A DNA stretch of 64,000 nucleotides from Octopus sinensis (lineage: Eukaryota), in assembly GCF_006345805.1 (NCBI RefSeq), contig NC_042997.1, positions 66,898,001 through 66,962,000 of the forward strand, written 5' to 3'. Positions 11,301 through 24,267 of this stretch are shown piece by piece. The position numbers were made by a program, and so were the translations under genes. Position 1 is the first letter of the stretch. Each line of letters starts with the position of its first letter. The notes below the pieces were generated by a model that saw only the letters and a program-made list of their open reading frames with translations, was not told where the DNA came from and ran no database searches.

Positions 11301-13939
11301 ATGCTTATTTATTGATATTGCTTTGAATCTCCTGCTTTTGAGATTTCAATTGTATGATTTTTTATTTTTAGAATAATAATGTAGGGTAGTTGTGAGAGGC
11401 TGGATCTGGTCAGTTTGAATAAAAAGAAGAAAAAAACAATATTTGGGCTGGATTTGGCTGGTTTGATTGCTAAAATATTAAGGCTAATGTAATTCTCAGG
11501 CAAGTAGAGTATACTCACCTGTATAGAATATATAACCACATTTTACACTCTCAGAGTGGTTGGCATTAGGAAGGGCATCCAGTCATTGAAACTATGCCAA
11601 ATCAGACGAGTCTGGTGCAGCCTCTTAGCGTATCAGCTGTGGTCAAACTGTCCAACCCATACCAGCATGGACAACAGATGTTAAATGATGATGATGATGA
11701 TGATGACAATGATATCATTAATTTACTAAGGGTTTAGTTGGTTTCACAACTGAAGGCTTATCATGGGAACTGGTGGAGGTCTTTCATATTTGGTTGAGAC
11801 ATCTCAGTGTCTGTCTGGGTGATTTACCTTATTTAGTTTGGTACTTCATTGCTCTGATTTTAAATTTTAGCAGTCACCCAAAATTTACTTCACCATACAT
11901 CCATTCAGACCTGATAAAATAAGGAGCATTAAAGTAATCTGCTATATCCTCATGAACTTTGTGCTTAATTAAATAGACAAAGAAAATAAGTATTTTTATG
12001 GAATGCCATATGCATCTTCATGAAGGCAGCTAGTAGTTAGGGTGTTGGTGTTCTGAACATTAGGTCATGGGGTTTGATTCTGAAGCCAAAGGGCATGGTG
12101 TGTTTTTGAGCAAGGCACTTCATTTCACATTGCTCCAACCACACTGTTGAAAACAAATACCAGTCCATCACACAGTTAACCCTGCAATGGAGTGGTGTCT
12201 CATTCATGGTGTATTATGCTCTCAGTCGCTAGAATATTTTGAAAATCCAAATAATCTCCAGCCTTATGAGACTTTATGCATACTTAAGGCAGATTTTATG
12301 TGCATCTCACATATGCTCTATAGAGTAGTACATTCATAATAGATTTCAGTGAAGTATATGTCTGTCATTTTGGTAGAGTACATTGATTTCAAATTTCGGC
12401 ACAAGAGCAGCAATTTCAGGGGAGGAGATAAGTCATTACATTGACCCCAATGTTCAACTGGTACTTATTTTATCAACCCTGAAAGGATGAAAGGCAAAGT
12501 TGACCTTGGCAGAATTTGAACTCAGAATTTAAAGACCGACAAAATGCCACTAAACATTTTGCCTAGTGTGCTAATGATTCTGCCAGCTTACCACCTTATT
12601 TTGGTAGAGTATATTGATATTGTTTTGTGTTGGCTGTACCATTGCCATACAATACTTTTTATTCTTTTCATTTACAAAGCATTATAAACATGGAAGATAT
12701 AATTTCTTACTTGATGTTGGCAAACTCGACTGCTCTGCATATCTTTATGTCAGTGACATTTAGGCATTTAGATTATTTTTGCAATGCATTAAACAGAGCA
12801 GTATTTTGTTGATTTAGTTTAGAATACCAACTTTGTAACCAATATCTGTCTCTCTATGAAGTTACTATCAGAAAAATGGTTTTTGGGTTTTCACACATTA
12901 AATGTGGTGATAAATTTTTGTTTGATGATATCTAGAGAAAAATTGAATGACTGATAAAAAGTGAACAAAGACAATTTATATTTGATTACAGAGAGTCTAG
13001 CGTATTGGTGCTGCAATGTAACAGGTTGATATGTTGTGTGCGAGGCTTGGCTGCTTTTTTAGAACATGTGTATTTGTTATGAATTATGTATCAGTAGAAT
13101 AATCATAGCTGTTTCATAAGTCTTAGTTTTTGGACTTACATAGCACTTCTACATATGTTGTATAATGATGATTTTAAAAGGATATGCATGTATTTATTTT
13201 TAAAAGGATATGTATTTATTTATTTTTTCACTCCATTCAGCATAGCCATGGCTCTCTGGTTAGATAATGTAAAAGTGTAATTAATTAGCACTGTATAGAG
13301 CTGGAAGATGTTAAAGAAACTTCAAATGTGGAAGTGTAGGGCTCTGTTACACTTCTAAAGGAATTGTTTTATTAAAACTTGTCAGTTGTGATTAAGTAAA
13401 CAACAGGTGGAGAATTATTTACTGGAGTTGTAGAAAAAAAGAGAAAATATTTTAGTTATTTTGACGATGTTATGATTAATGTTTTAATCTCCCCTTAGTA
13501 TTGAAAAGAAAAGGAAATTAATAGTGAATATTTTTGTCTCAAGTGTTCAGAGTGGAAAGGGATTTATGATAAACTTTTTACTCAGTAGGAAGAAAAATCC
13601 AAGCTTATAATGGCATTTTTCTCTCTCTTATTGAGTTGGACTTAGACTGTAAATAGCTAAAAAATACTTTGGAATGAGGTAGTAAACTGAGGAAACTAAT
13701 GGGAGTGCAGAACAGACATTATTTCCTTCATAAGTCGGTAGTGGCATAAAGGAAGAAGGTTGGGCAAAAATTATAAAAATCATAAGTAGAACAATTAGAT
13801 AAAGTTGTTGACTTCTGGATAGCCTGGTTCAGTTTTGACTGACCATACCTGTAGGAAACATATGGACCAGTGTTTCCCAATGAGAAATAGTAATATATAG
13901 GCTAAGTATATGCTAATTTTGAGTAATTTTTGTGTTTAA

Positions 13940-14380
13940 CCCTTTTGGTACCATATTTTTCTTGAAATACATCTCTTTGTTTCAATTGATTTCAAAAATA
14001 ATGAAGACTACAGTAAAATAATTCAGTCATTATTAAGCAGATGTTTGGAACATTATTTAACAGGAAATTTTAATAGGAAATTGTAATTTAGATCACTTTA
14101 ACCCTTTAATATTCAGATTATTCTGTCAGTTCTAATGCTTAATCACACTGTTTTCAATTAATAATGCATTATTTTATAGCTTTGAGATTTCAATGATGTG
14201 ATTGCTTATTTTTAGAATGACATTGTAGGATAGGTGTGAGAGGTTGGATTTGGTTGGTTTGAACATAAAACATATAGAATATCTGGGCTGGATATGGCCA
14301 GTTTAAATACTAATGGGTTAAAACAGGAAGTTTGTACCAGGGAACCAAGGACAGTCTTGGGCACATTGGTATCAAAATGG
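13940..14380. mobile_element. piggyBac-type MITE containing a nested second TTAA-MITE (14102-14317)
   Basis: Outer element TTAA|cccttttggtacc...ggtatcaaaatgg|TTAA; inner element TTAA|ccctttaatattc...aatactaatggg|TTAA. Confidence 0.75.
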
Positions 14381-15558
14381 TTAATTCTATATTTGTAATT
14401 TCATACACATACTGTATATTCTCTGAGGTAAAGGAAATTTTGGCATCTTTAGGTAGTAAGGTGACTGACCCTATGGGAAAAATAGCCTCTTAATAAGAAA
14501 TTTTAAAGGAATTTGCTCTAAACAAGGACTTGATTAAGATGAAATTTAAAAAAATTTTCTTGGCAGCATTTGGATGGATTTAAGTCTGCTAAAATTTTGA
14601 AACACAGTTTTATGACTTAATCTCTTATGAAATTTAACTTTATGAGAGAAAAACAATTGATAAAGGCCTAAATGACTTTTGTGTGGGTGTTCTCTGAGAC
14701 AGGGAACATATTTCAAAGGTTCCATAAGACTAAAAGGACTGGGAAATGCTGATATAGCCCACCAAGATGATTGATGCTTTCCCATACATATCCTGATATG
14801 CTGCTGACTCTAGAGAGAGTGAAGTTTAAGTAGGGATTAAAAGTGAAAACTGTTAAGCTATCAAATAGTCCATCCTTGTGCTCATTTTCCTCTAAGTGAC
14901 TGCTTTTTTTCTTCATATCTATTATATTGCTTCCCAACCTTGTGCTCTCAGGTTCAGTCCCATTGTGTGGAATTTTGGGCAAGTGTCTACCAACCAAAGA
15001 CTTGGGAGTGGATTTGGGTTATAGAAACTGAAAAAATCTCACCATGTGTGTGTGTGTGTGTGTACATCCTTGTCTTGACATCACTTGATAGTTTTTAGCA
15101 AGCATCGCTGTCATAGAAGTGGTGTTTGTCTCTGGTCTACCATGAAAAATGTGTTTGGCTCTGGGAAAGTATTATTTTGCTTGGAAACAAGTGTGGGTTG
15201 GTGACAGAAAGGGCATCCAGCCATAGAAAATCTGCCTCAATGAATTCTGTCTGACCCATGCAATCATGAAAAAGTTGATGCTAAACAATGATGATGATAA
15301 TGAGTTGATAGTAGAGAAATCTAGAATTTGGAGAAAACAAACCCACTAACTTGTGGAAGCTTCCTTGGTGACTCAGTCCTGTGATCTCTTGAAGTATTGA
15401 TGGCGCAAGAACTGTGTTAAAAGATTCTGCTACAATTTTGGTATATCATTGTATTTGTTGTCATATAATGTTAAACTTAACTGTGATTATATTATTTGTG
15501 CTTAGGCTTTGAAACCTCTTGAAATTTGAAAGATGATGAGCTGACTGATCATATAAAG

Positions 15559-15801
15559 CAATGGATCTCAACTGGGGTCCAAATGGCCTGTTGTGGCCTA
15601 TATAAGGCTTTTGTTGTTAAAATTGATCTGCAACAAATTGGTTGTATTTCTACAATACCAAAAATATTTTTTTTATGCAATTACTAACATTTAATTATAA
15701 AAATATATGAATTTTTTCAAGATTGAATGGCTAGGAGGGTCCATCCGAGTAAAATAGGAATCGAAGGGGTCCATAAGTATAAAATGGTTGAGAAACTCTT
15801 G
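15559..15801. mobile_element. hAT-type MITE
   Basis: Degenerate CAGTGGTTCTCAAC-like TIRs (caatggatctcaac / caagagtttctcaac). The 8-bp TSD ATATAAAG lies at 15551-58 and 15802-09. Confidence 0.8.
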
Positions 15802-18800
15802 ATATAAAGTTAAATTGTTAATAAAGTGCTGATAGATGTGAATAATAGTGAAGAATTTCCTCAAAGTGTTGCTGTTATGGGTGGAATGATAGTAATTTGG
15901 ATTTGTGCCTGAAACAAATAATGTTAAAGTACTGTAATATTGATATTGTCCTCTCATAAAACTCTCCAGATTAAAACAAATTATTATTGTCTTGATTGAG
16001 CAGACAATCCTGCTGTAACCATTACACTTTATTTGTTTAGGACTACATTATTCGAAATACTTAAAAAAAAAAAAAATGTGGAATTTGAAGAAATTTGGTT
16101 GCTATTTTCTAGCAGCTTGAACAGCCACTTAGAGACTTTCTCATTGGCTCATCTGAAACAAGTTTGTTGCTTTAGGAAGATGGTAGATATGTTCGAATAG
16201 ATGACAAATAATGAGTGTTTACTTGATTTTGAGTATATTGTTAATGATGTCTACATCAAATATTTTTTCATTACCTGTGATAAAAGGTAATTCAACTGGT
16301 CTATTCTGTTATCCAACCCCCCCCCCCAATATTAGTGTAACTACAACCATTTTATCCAGTGTATCACATTTCTAATTTGTTTTTAGAAAAGATGGTGGAG
16401 TAGAAAGGAGCGAGATTTGGCTGCTATTTCTAGAAGGTTAAGTGACCAAGTAAAAACACTCTCATTGGCTTGTTTTCATACTTGTGTAATTTGTATGTGA
16501 TGAGTGATGTTATGTGTTGATAATCTGACAAGTTAGGTTTGCAGCCTTGTATCAGTTTAATTTATGGTAAGTTTCAAATATAACAACTCCTTACATCTCT
16601 TTCATGAAAGAGATGTGAGATTTATTGCTGTAAATGAAAGATCTTACAGCTATTGCTATATTAATAAACTATTGAGCCAATATTGTCATTTCTTCACCAC
16701 ATAAGTAATTTCTTATTTGGTATCTGATACTACACTAAACATATTAACACAAACTTAACTGTTGTATTTTCTTGCTGATTGCATCTCTAAATAATTAACA
16801 TTAGTGATTTTATTTTGATCTTTTAAAAAAAATGTTAATATGTAAATTTGTATTCATTGTGGAGACCAATACCTGCCTAATCTATTGGGATCCAATGCAA
16901 TTGCTGCTATTATTGTTAAGACTAGTGATGGAATGATTAAAACAGTAGAATGTTTGACAGTATTTAGTTACAGCCCTTCATGTTTTTACTTCAAACCTCA
17001 CTATGTGCAGTCATCATTACCTATCATTCATTCTGGGTCATAAAATAAAGTAACAGTCAAATACTGAAGCTAATATAATCAACTCACACCTCTCCATTAA
17101 TTTCTGACCTTGTGCATATGTTAAAAGCTAGGCAGAATCATTTGAGTGTTGGACAAGATGCTTTGTGGGATTTGTTCTGGTTCTTCACATTCTGAGTTCA
17201 ACTCCAGTTGAGGTCATCATTGCCTTTCATCCTTTCGGAATTGTTAAAATAATGTACCAGTTTAATACTGGGGTTGATGTAATTAACTTGTCCTCTCTTC
17301 AAAATAGCTGGTTTTGTGTCCAGAGCTTAAACCTGTCACACTATGTTCCTGCAATAGCAAGAAGAGCTTAAATGTCATCTCTGCCAAGTTCCTGCTAAAG
17401 CGTTAATGAACACCACACAGAGAAAAAGGAGATTAAATACTAAAAATAGACAACTGATTGCATTGCAGTTTTGTAGTCAAGTGTGGTTATGACTCATTGT
17501 TAATGATGTCCCCCATATCTGTTGGTTACTTTTGTTTTTAATAATAATAAAAAAACAAACAATTTTGTGAGGAAATGAGGATATGATGAACCCAGTACTT
17601 CTTTTAGTAAATGAGTGAGGCCTAGACTCTTTGCAGTTGAGAAAACTATTGATAATATTTATTCTTCAGATGAAGAGTTTACACTTATGCTGATAATGAA
17701 AGTGATTCAGACAATCAAACTAGTGAAAGTGATGAGGAAAGTAGTGATTCAGGTGAATGAATACTGTAGTTGAGAGATTGGCCTATTATTGTTATTCTCC
17801 TGAATTTCTTTGTGATTTAGTTGTATTAGTTTGCCTGTAATCATTACTCTTGAGCTGCATATGCAACTATTTATTTTTTGCCTCAGGAGCCAAGAGGGTT
17901 CAAATGTGAGACAATGTGTAACTACTGACATCTACTTAAATCTAACCAATATTACTACTACAAAAGGCAGCAGGTTGGCAGAATCATTAGCTCATCAGGC
18001 AAAATGCTTAGCAACATCATGTCCATCTTTACATTATAAGATCAAATTCTGCTGGTGTTGATTTTGCCTTTCATCTTTTCAGTACCTGTTGTGCATTGGG
18101 GTCAGTGTAACTGATTTACCACCCCCTGAAATTGTTGATCTTATGCTAAAATTTGAAACCAGTATTACAACTACAAGCAGGCCTTGTGCCTGTGTTAAAA
18201 ATCAATATTAGAAATGTATGTGGTGATAAGAATCAAAAGAATCAGTTAAAATGTTTTTTTCCCCTGGAAGATTTATAAGTATCGACCATATCTAGGAGAA
18301 CATTTATACATTTATGAAATGAAACAGCTTCAATTTAGAATCAGAGTTTGTGTTCAGATAATAAGATATCTGTTGCACCTTTTGGAATGGTAATTTCAAA
18401 TAGTAATTTATTTGGTCTACCATCTTATTATTTCTTTGACACGTTTGGTAAAGGATATTAGAAATTTATAAACTGTTCTGCATGAGGTAGTGCTTTAGAG
18501 TCAGCAGATATATTTTTACAAGAGTCTAGACATGTGGAAGGCCAACTGGAAATTCATTTCCACCCAATCACCTTGACAGTATTTGCTAGTTGGATTCTGT
18601 ATAATCGTTATTGCTGCTGCTGCCGCTGCCACCACCACCACCACCACCACAAACTCGTCCTCCTCCTCTTCCTTCCCTCTATAAACTTATTCAGTTTAGT
18701 TTCTGGTTATTTTTGGTTGAATTCTAAATATGTATAATTTTCCCCAATAAAACATATATATATGTAAAAGCCTCACATGTAAGGTTTATCTTGAGGATTT

Positions 18801-19649
18801 CACTCCAGCTCAGTAGCAGTCAACTGTTTTAAGTTAAATTTACATGTATAATGACTGTTAGGTTAATAATTTCAATAAGTTGTGGTTGATTTACCGGGTG
18901 AGTTGTTTGAAGTGAGGTTTTAACTTATATTACACCCAAGACTATCAGAAATCTTATCAGCTAGAAATTGAATCAAACAATAATGTGCTGGTTACTAATA
19001 TATTTGCATTACCTTATGCTCAGTGTTGTTTTAACAAGCAAGTTACTAATATGCTTTAGTTTACTAAATATATTGTACATTAAAATGGTGTCAGGTTCTT
19101 GGAAGTAAGATTTAATGACTTCTCAAATATATTTTTGTGTGAAATGCTTAAATTATTAATTACAGATATTTTTACCTTCAGAGTTTCTTTGCGAAAACAA
19201 CACACTTAAGGAAATATTTGGTATTATTCAATAAAAGAAAGACTCAAGTTATTTCAAATAAAATCTCCTTTCTTTATTGAGAATGATTTGTGAAATGTTG
19301 ATATCTTTTTTCAATAATTTCAGTTGTGTTTGTATTACATTTGGTAATAAAATTTTAAAGGGAAATGTTTCATTTAGGGAAATGTTGGCAATTTCTTTTA
19401 GAATTCGTACTTTATTTTGGCAGGGAAGAACTTTCATCTACATGACCTTTGACGTTATTACTTTCGATGTTGGCCAAGATAACAGGTAAATTGTCACCAA
19501 TACATTCAGTGTGAAATATTCTACAAATATATCTATTGAGTGAAGATGCGCATGGGCTCTCAGTTTGTCCCCTTTTCTCTGGATCTGTTGCATCAGTTGG
19601 GTCTAATTTTGACATGGCCTTCTGTGCTATATTTTTTCCAGAGTAGAGA

Positions 19650-19820
19650 ATGTCTGAAGTGCCAACCTCACAGACCAGTGAGATTGAAAACGGCTCGCAG
19701 GAGATATCTATTGTGCATGTGACAATACCTAACCAACCAGTCCAAGTGCAATCTGTTATACAATCTAGCCATCAACCATCAGTGATACAGACAACTGGCC
19801 CAAATGTTCAGACTATTCAG
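19650..19820 (+). CDS. CREB1: CREB1/ATF1-family transcription factor, first coding exon (Q1 region); exon starts at 19642
   Basis: Acceptor ttttttccAG ends at 19641. In-frame TAG at 19644-46 lies just upstream of the ATG at 19650, supporting the start. Translates MSEVPTSQTSEIENGSQEISIVHVTIPNQPVQVQSVIQSSHQPSVIQTTGPNVQTIQ, matching the CREB Q1 pattern. Donor CAG|gtaggt, phase 0. Confidence 0.93.
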
Positions 19821-20744
19821 GTAGGTTGAGCCATGTTGCTGCCACTGTTGCTGTTGCCACTATTGTATCACAAAACTCTTCTAGAAATCCTTCTCTTTAA
19901 TTTATTGATTCTCTTAGTTTCATCATGTTCGTTATTTCCCTTCTAACACTCCATATAATTATCTTCTGTTGCTAACAGTCCTAAGTTATCCCTGCTGATG
20001 GCTTCTTTATAAAACTTATCTGTAAATCTTGAAACACTTGTCATCATTTTAATGAACTGACAGCTCTAAATTCTAACATTTTTCTAACCTTAGTAAATGA
20101 TGAAGGCATTGTAGCATTTTTCTATCTAATTTATTAGCTGCTTTGGTTTTATTTCCTCTCTTCTCATTTTGCAGACTTTTTTTAGAAACATACTTAATAT
20201 AAAAACCGAGATGGGTTTTAAAAATTCTTTATACTGAGTTATCTTCATCTTGTGTTTGGATACTCTATCCTGTAAGCCAGCATTGTTCTAATGATGCATT
20301 TATTCAGGCTAAGTTGGAAGATCTCTGAAGTATTAACTTTCACCGGAAGACTGCAATATGAGAGTCTGCATTTACTTTCTTTCCTTTCTTATACTCATTT
20401 CTTTTATTCTCTTATTTTCTTTAAAATATCCAAAATGGTAACTGAACTTCTTCATTTCATTATCTTCTTTCAATGACTTACTTAAATCATAAATCTAAAG
20501 GTTTTTCTGAATTCTGTTATATCTTCTTATTCTTTCCTCTTACATCTGCATGCCTTCTTCTGAGTAGTTTATAATAAATGAATGGGAGTATTTTATTTGG
20601 TAGATGACTTTCACTTTAATTCTTTACTTTGAACTTTGATTTTAATATTTTGGTTAATTTATAGTTGGTGAAATCTCATTTTTAAATAAAGATTAAGTTG
20701 CCAAAAAGAAAACTATGTCCTTAAGATACTAAATAATTTTTTAG

Positions 20745-20773
20745 GTCTATTTGCACACCCGTTTCTATCACTG
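20745..20773 (+). other. Candidate 29-nt alternative micro-exon (VYLHTRFYH+TG), possibly mutually exclusive with the KID exon
   Basis: Reads ttttttAG|GTCTATTTGCACACCCGTTTCTATCACTG|gtaagt, with a consensus donor, the same phases (0 to 2) as the KID exon, and only 42 nt to the KID acceptor. No transcript evidence available. Confidence 0.35.
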
Positions 20774-20815
20774 GTAAGTCTTCACCTAATTTGACCTCTT
20801 TAAACATTCTTTCAG

Positions 20816-20898
20816 GTAGCTACAGTAAATGATGATATGACAGATGGTGCTGAAGGAAGAAAGAGGAGAGAGATATTAGCTAGAAGACCTTCATATCG
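20816..20898 (+). CDS. CREB1: CREB1 kinase-inducible domain (KID/P-box) exon
   Basis: Acceptor ttctttcAG ends at 20815. Translates VATVNDDMTDGAEGRKRREILARRPSY(R); the Ser codon at 20891-93 is the Ser133-equivalent PKA site (Ser83 in this model). Donor CG|gtattt, 83 nt, phase 0 to 2. Confidence 0.96.
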
Positions 20899-21833
20899 GT
20901 ATTTATCTTCATTTCTGTACCAGCAAACATGCTTTTTTTTGACTCATGTTTTCTCTTGATCTGTCTTTGGATGCCATGTCTTAATCTTATCCAATTGGTT
21001 ATTTCTGTTGCACATCCTATGTGAAGTGGCCAAACCTCGTCCATGCTTGATAGCCTTCTGAATTAAGGGAATCTTGTAGAATATTTTACACTGAAATTAT
21101 TGGTGATATAAATAATGTGAAAGTACTTGTGCTTATGGATTCAACCATATGACCATAGTCTTTCAAACTGGTTTTCAAAAGTCATGTAAATTGATAGTTT
21201 CTTGACCTTGTTTTTTGATTGTTCAGTGTTATTATTTTTGTGTGTTTGTCTTGTAAATTTCAGTCAGAAAGAAAGAATAAATATGATCTTGAAAATGTTA
21301 GCATTGTTTTAAAAACAAATTTATCAATTCTTATTTTGTCTTCTGGTATTTTGAAAAATTGGAAAATGATTTAAGCTTGTAATTATCAAGCCCTTGTTTT
21401 CAGTGGGTAAAATATTCTTTAGCTTTACTGCTGCTAAGAAGGCAATTTGGAACTGGGCAACTATTTGTCTTACTCAAATGAGAAAAATGTTATGAAGCAG
21501 CCTAGTTTTGTCGAAATATTAATGTTTAAATTTGTTTATATCATTTTGATTGAAATGGCAACTTGAAATATACAGGCATATGAAAGCAAATTTTCCAACA
21601 ATATCCTTTCAATATAGATTTCTTTAAATGGTACCAGACTACACATTTTTAGTGGTAAGGGATGTAGTATATTGACTTGGTCCTTACATATGCTTAGTAT
21701 TTCTGTTATTGACCTTTGAGGAATGAGGCACATGAATGTCCTAGTGTGATTTAAACTCAGAATATAGGAAAACAAAGCAAAAATTCTGAATGATGTTGTT
21801 TCTGTATGGTTCTATTTCTTCCACTCATCTCTA

Positions 21834-21866
<33 letters not shown>

Positions 21867-24133
21867 TGCTGTGAGGGATTAGAACTGTTTTGTTCTGCTT
21901 TGAAAAAGCAAAACACAGTGAAAGTTTGCTATCAAATTATTTTTATTTCAAAAACTATTTTTCTGTTGCTGAACAAAACTATTCTTTTTGAAGCAGTTTA
22001 TGCAAATCAAAGTGACCAAAACTACATTTAGTAAATGTCTTTTGTGTTATGTCTTAGAATTCTTTGTCACGGGTTGGCTTCATGAATGAAAAATTCATAA
22101 AGACTGCTACCCAGTTTGACTGCAGGCTTGCTGGTGGTTGACAAAACTTAGACAGGCCCTGCTGCAGTGGTGCAAAGGAAATTCTATTCTGGGTCCAATA
22201 ATGCTATGTCCAATCTCCATTATTCTCATGTGTTCTCAAAAGAGGAGACTGACTGGTGAATAGTGTGTTGCAAGGTTTCATAATTGGAGGCTGTATAGTA
22301 CACCACTGTCAATGATCAATGAGACAGACACCAAAATCTTCTGGGAGTCCTTGTACTGTTTCTTTGGTGTTCACAATGTCCAGTGGAGAGCATGGCCTTG
22401 GTGCAGGTGATTTCTGCCTGTTTGAAGACTTCACTGTTAACAGTGGACATTGAGGATGATACAGAAGCATTGTTGGTGGAAGAACTCAAGGAGTTGCAGG
22501 GGATATTGTAATATACATTTAGAAACCTGTTGATATAATCAAAGTTGAATCATTTTTTTCATTTCTGTTGTGGAAATATGTTTATATGGTGTTTTCTGTT
22601 GATCTGTTTAAAACACTTGAAAAAACAATCAAGGCTTTCAATAATGTTATTGTAAACTGACTCAACAACTAATATTCACATGTCATTTAGTGTAGGGATT
22701 CTGTTTATTTATTAGTCCTTTTGTTGATTTGAACCAGACTGGTTTTAGTCATATTGAAAACTGCCATAATTCTAAATAACCTTATTAGTTATAAGATAAA
22801 AAGATCTGTGGGAATAACAGAAAGAATGCTATTTTATTTTACAATGTTTACATATTTTACAATATGTTTAATGTTTTAGAATGTTTACTATTTTATTTTA
22901 CAATAACATGTTCACTCAGAATCACTGAAATAAATTCAACTTCAGATATTTTTAACTGGAATTCATTCCTTATTTTTTTGTTGAACAAAATTCTCCTTTC
23001 TAAACTTGCATTTTCTATTATTTTTCTCTAAATTATTTCTTATAAAACAGAAATGCAAAATTTTATTTCAGTGTTTTAGGAACATTTTTGAATCCTATAG
23101 AAATTTAGAGAATCATGATTAATATACATTTCAAATGGTTAGTTTTCCATTCAATTTTCTGGCCCTGGAATTACTACATCAACTGTTGATTTTAGTTTGA
23201 GAATATAATCAATTTTGGCATAATGTTTTTGTAATAGCACATGGATATCAAATATTCCTGAAACCAATACAATTTGGATAGTTGGTTATATAACACATGG
23301 ATTGAGGTAGAATGTTTTAAAATATAAATTAATAAATAATATTGTTTTGCTTGACTGAGAATAAAATAATATAAACAAGAAGTGGGTTTTAAATGTCAGC
23401 TAGATTTCTACCCTTAATGGCAAGTATATTTTTTACACACTCACACAAAACAAAGAAAGAAAAAGACCTAAACTACTACAAGAGTATTTACTGAAAGAAG
23501 TTTTTGTTTGTCAAATGTTGTCCTGAAACTTGTCTTATCTTCTTTTAGTTCTTCATTTTTTTTTATCATGTGGCTATGATGTGACATTTTGTGACAGAAT
23601 CCTTTAGAACAGTTGTTTCAGTGATGTCTTAGTTATAGATTTTCTTAAAAATTTTATGAAACTCATTTATTTTTATGTAACTCATTATATTTTGTGTGTG
23701 TGTATGTGTGTGTGTGTGTGCATTCATGTGCGTGTGTGTGTGAGTGAGAGAGAGAAAGAGAATATGTGTACATGACTGAGATAGTGAAAGGTATAATCAT
23801 TTTTAAAAAATATATTTTGCAGTTGCAAGAATTCATTTTTTTAAGCTATTCTTTTCAACAGAGTTGGAAATCTTGCATGTAATGAATCTATAAAAGTACC
23901 TTTATCTCCAGTTTGTTTCTAAATTCTGTTTGCTATTAATTTTTCTCTTTCTTTCAATGTATTATGTCTTTTGATTGCAGACTTAGTTTCTTATAATAGA
24001 AGCAGCATCCAGATAAAATTACAAAATGGAATTCTGATAGTTATGTTACCATTTTTGTCTGCAGTGGCTCATATAATTACATAAAATTCATTATATTGTG
24101 TTAATATTATTTTCTTTTGGGATTTTCTTACAG

Positions 24134-24267
24134 TAAAATTTTGAATGAATTATCGTCCGAGTGTCCACCTATCAAAATTGAGGAACCTACAAATCAAGAC
24201 GGTCAAGAGACCACTGAAGCAGCTTCAAACCTCAGTACAAATTCCATACAGTACCAGCCTGCAACAG
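24134..24267 (+). CDS. CREB1: CREB1 exon: KID C-terminal half and linker
   Basis: Acceptor ttttcttacAG ends at 24133. CG+T completes Arg, then KILNELSSECPPIKIEEPTNQDGQETTEAASNLSTNSIQYQPAT. Donor G|gtgagt, 134 nt, phase 2 to 1. Confidence 0.95.

Noticed and set aside
17625-17760. Acidic reading frame (..IYSSDEEF..ESDSDNQTSESDEESSDSGE) with AG/GT-like borders
   Set aside because: Frameshifted and resembles a decayed transposase N-terminus (piggyBac-like); too weak to call as an exon or an element.
1-19400. CREB promoter / first exon
   Set aside because: No full CRE (TGACGTCA) or unique CpG island was found. The CpG-rich patches present are attributable to repeats, so the TSS may lie upstream of the window.
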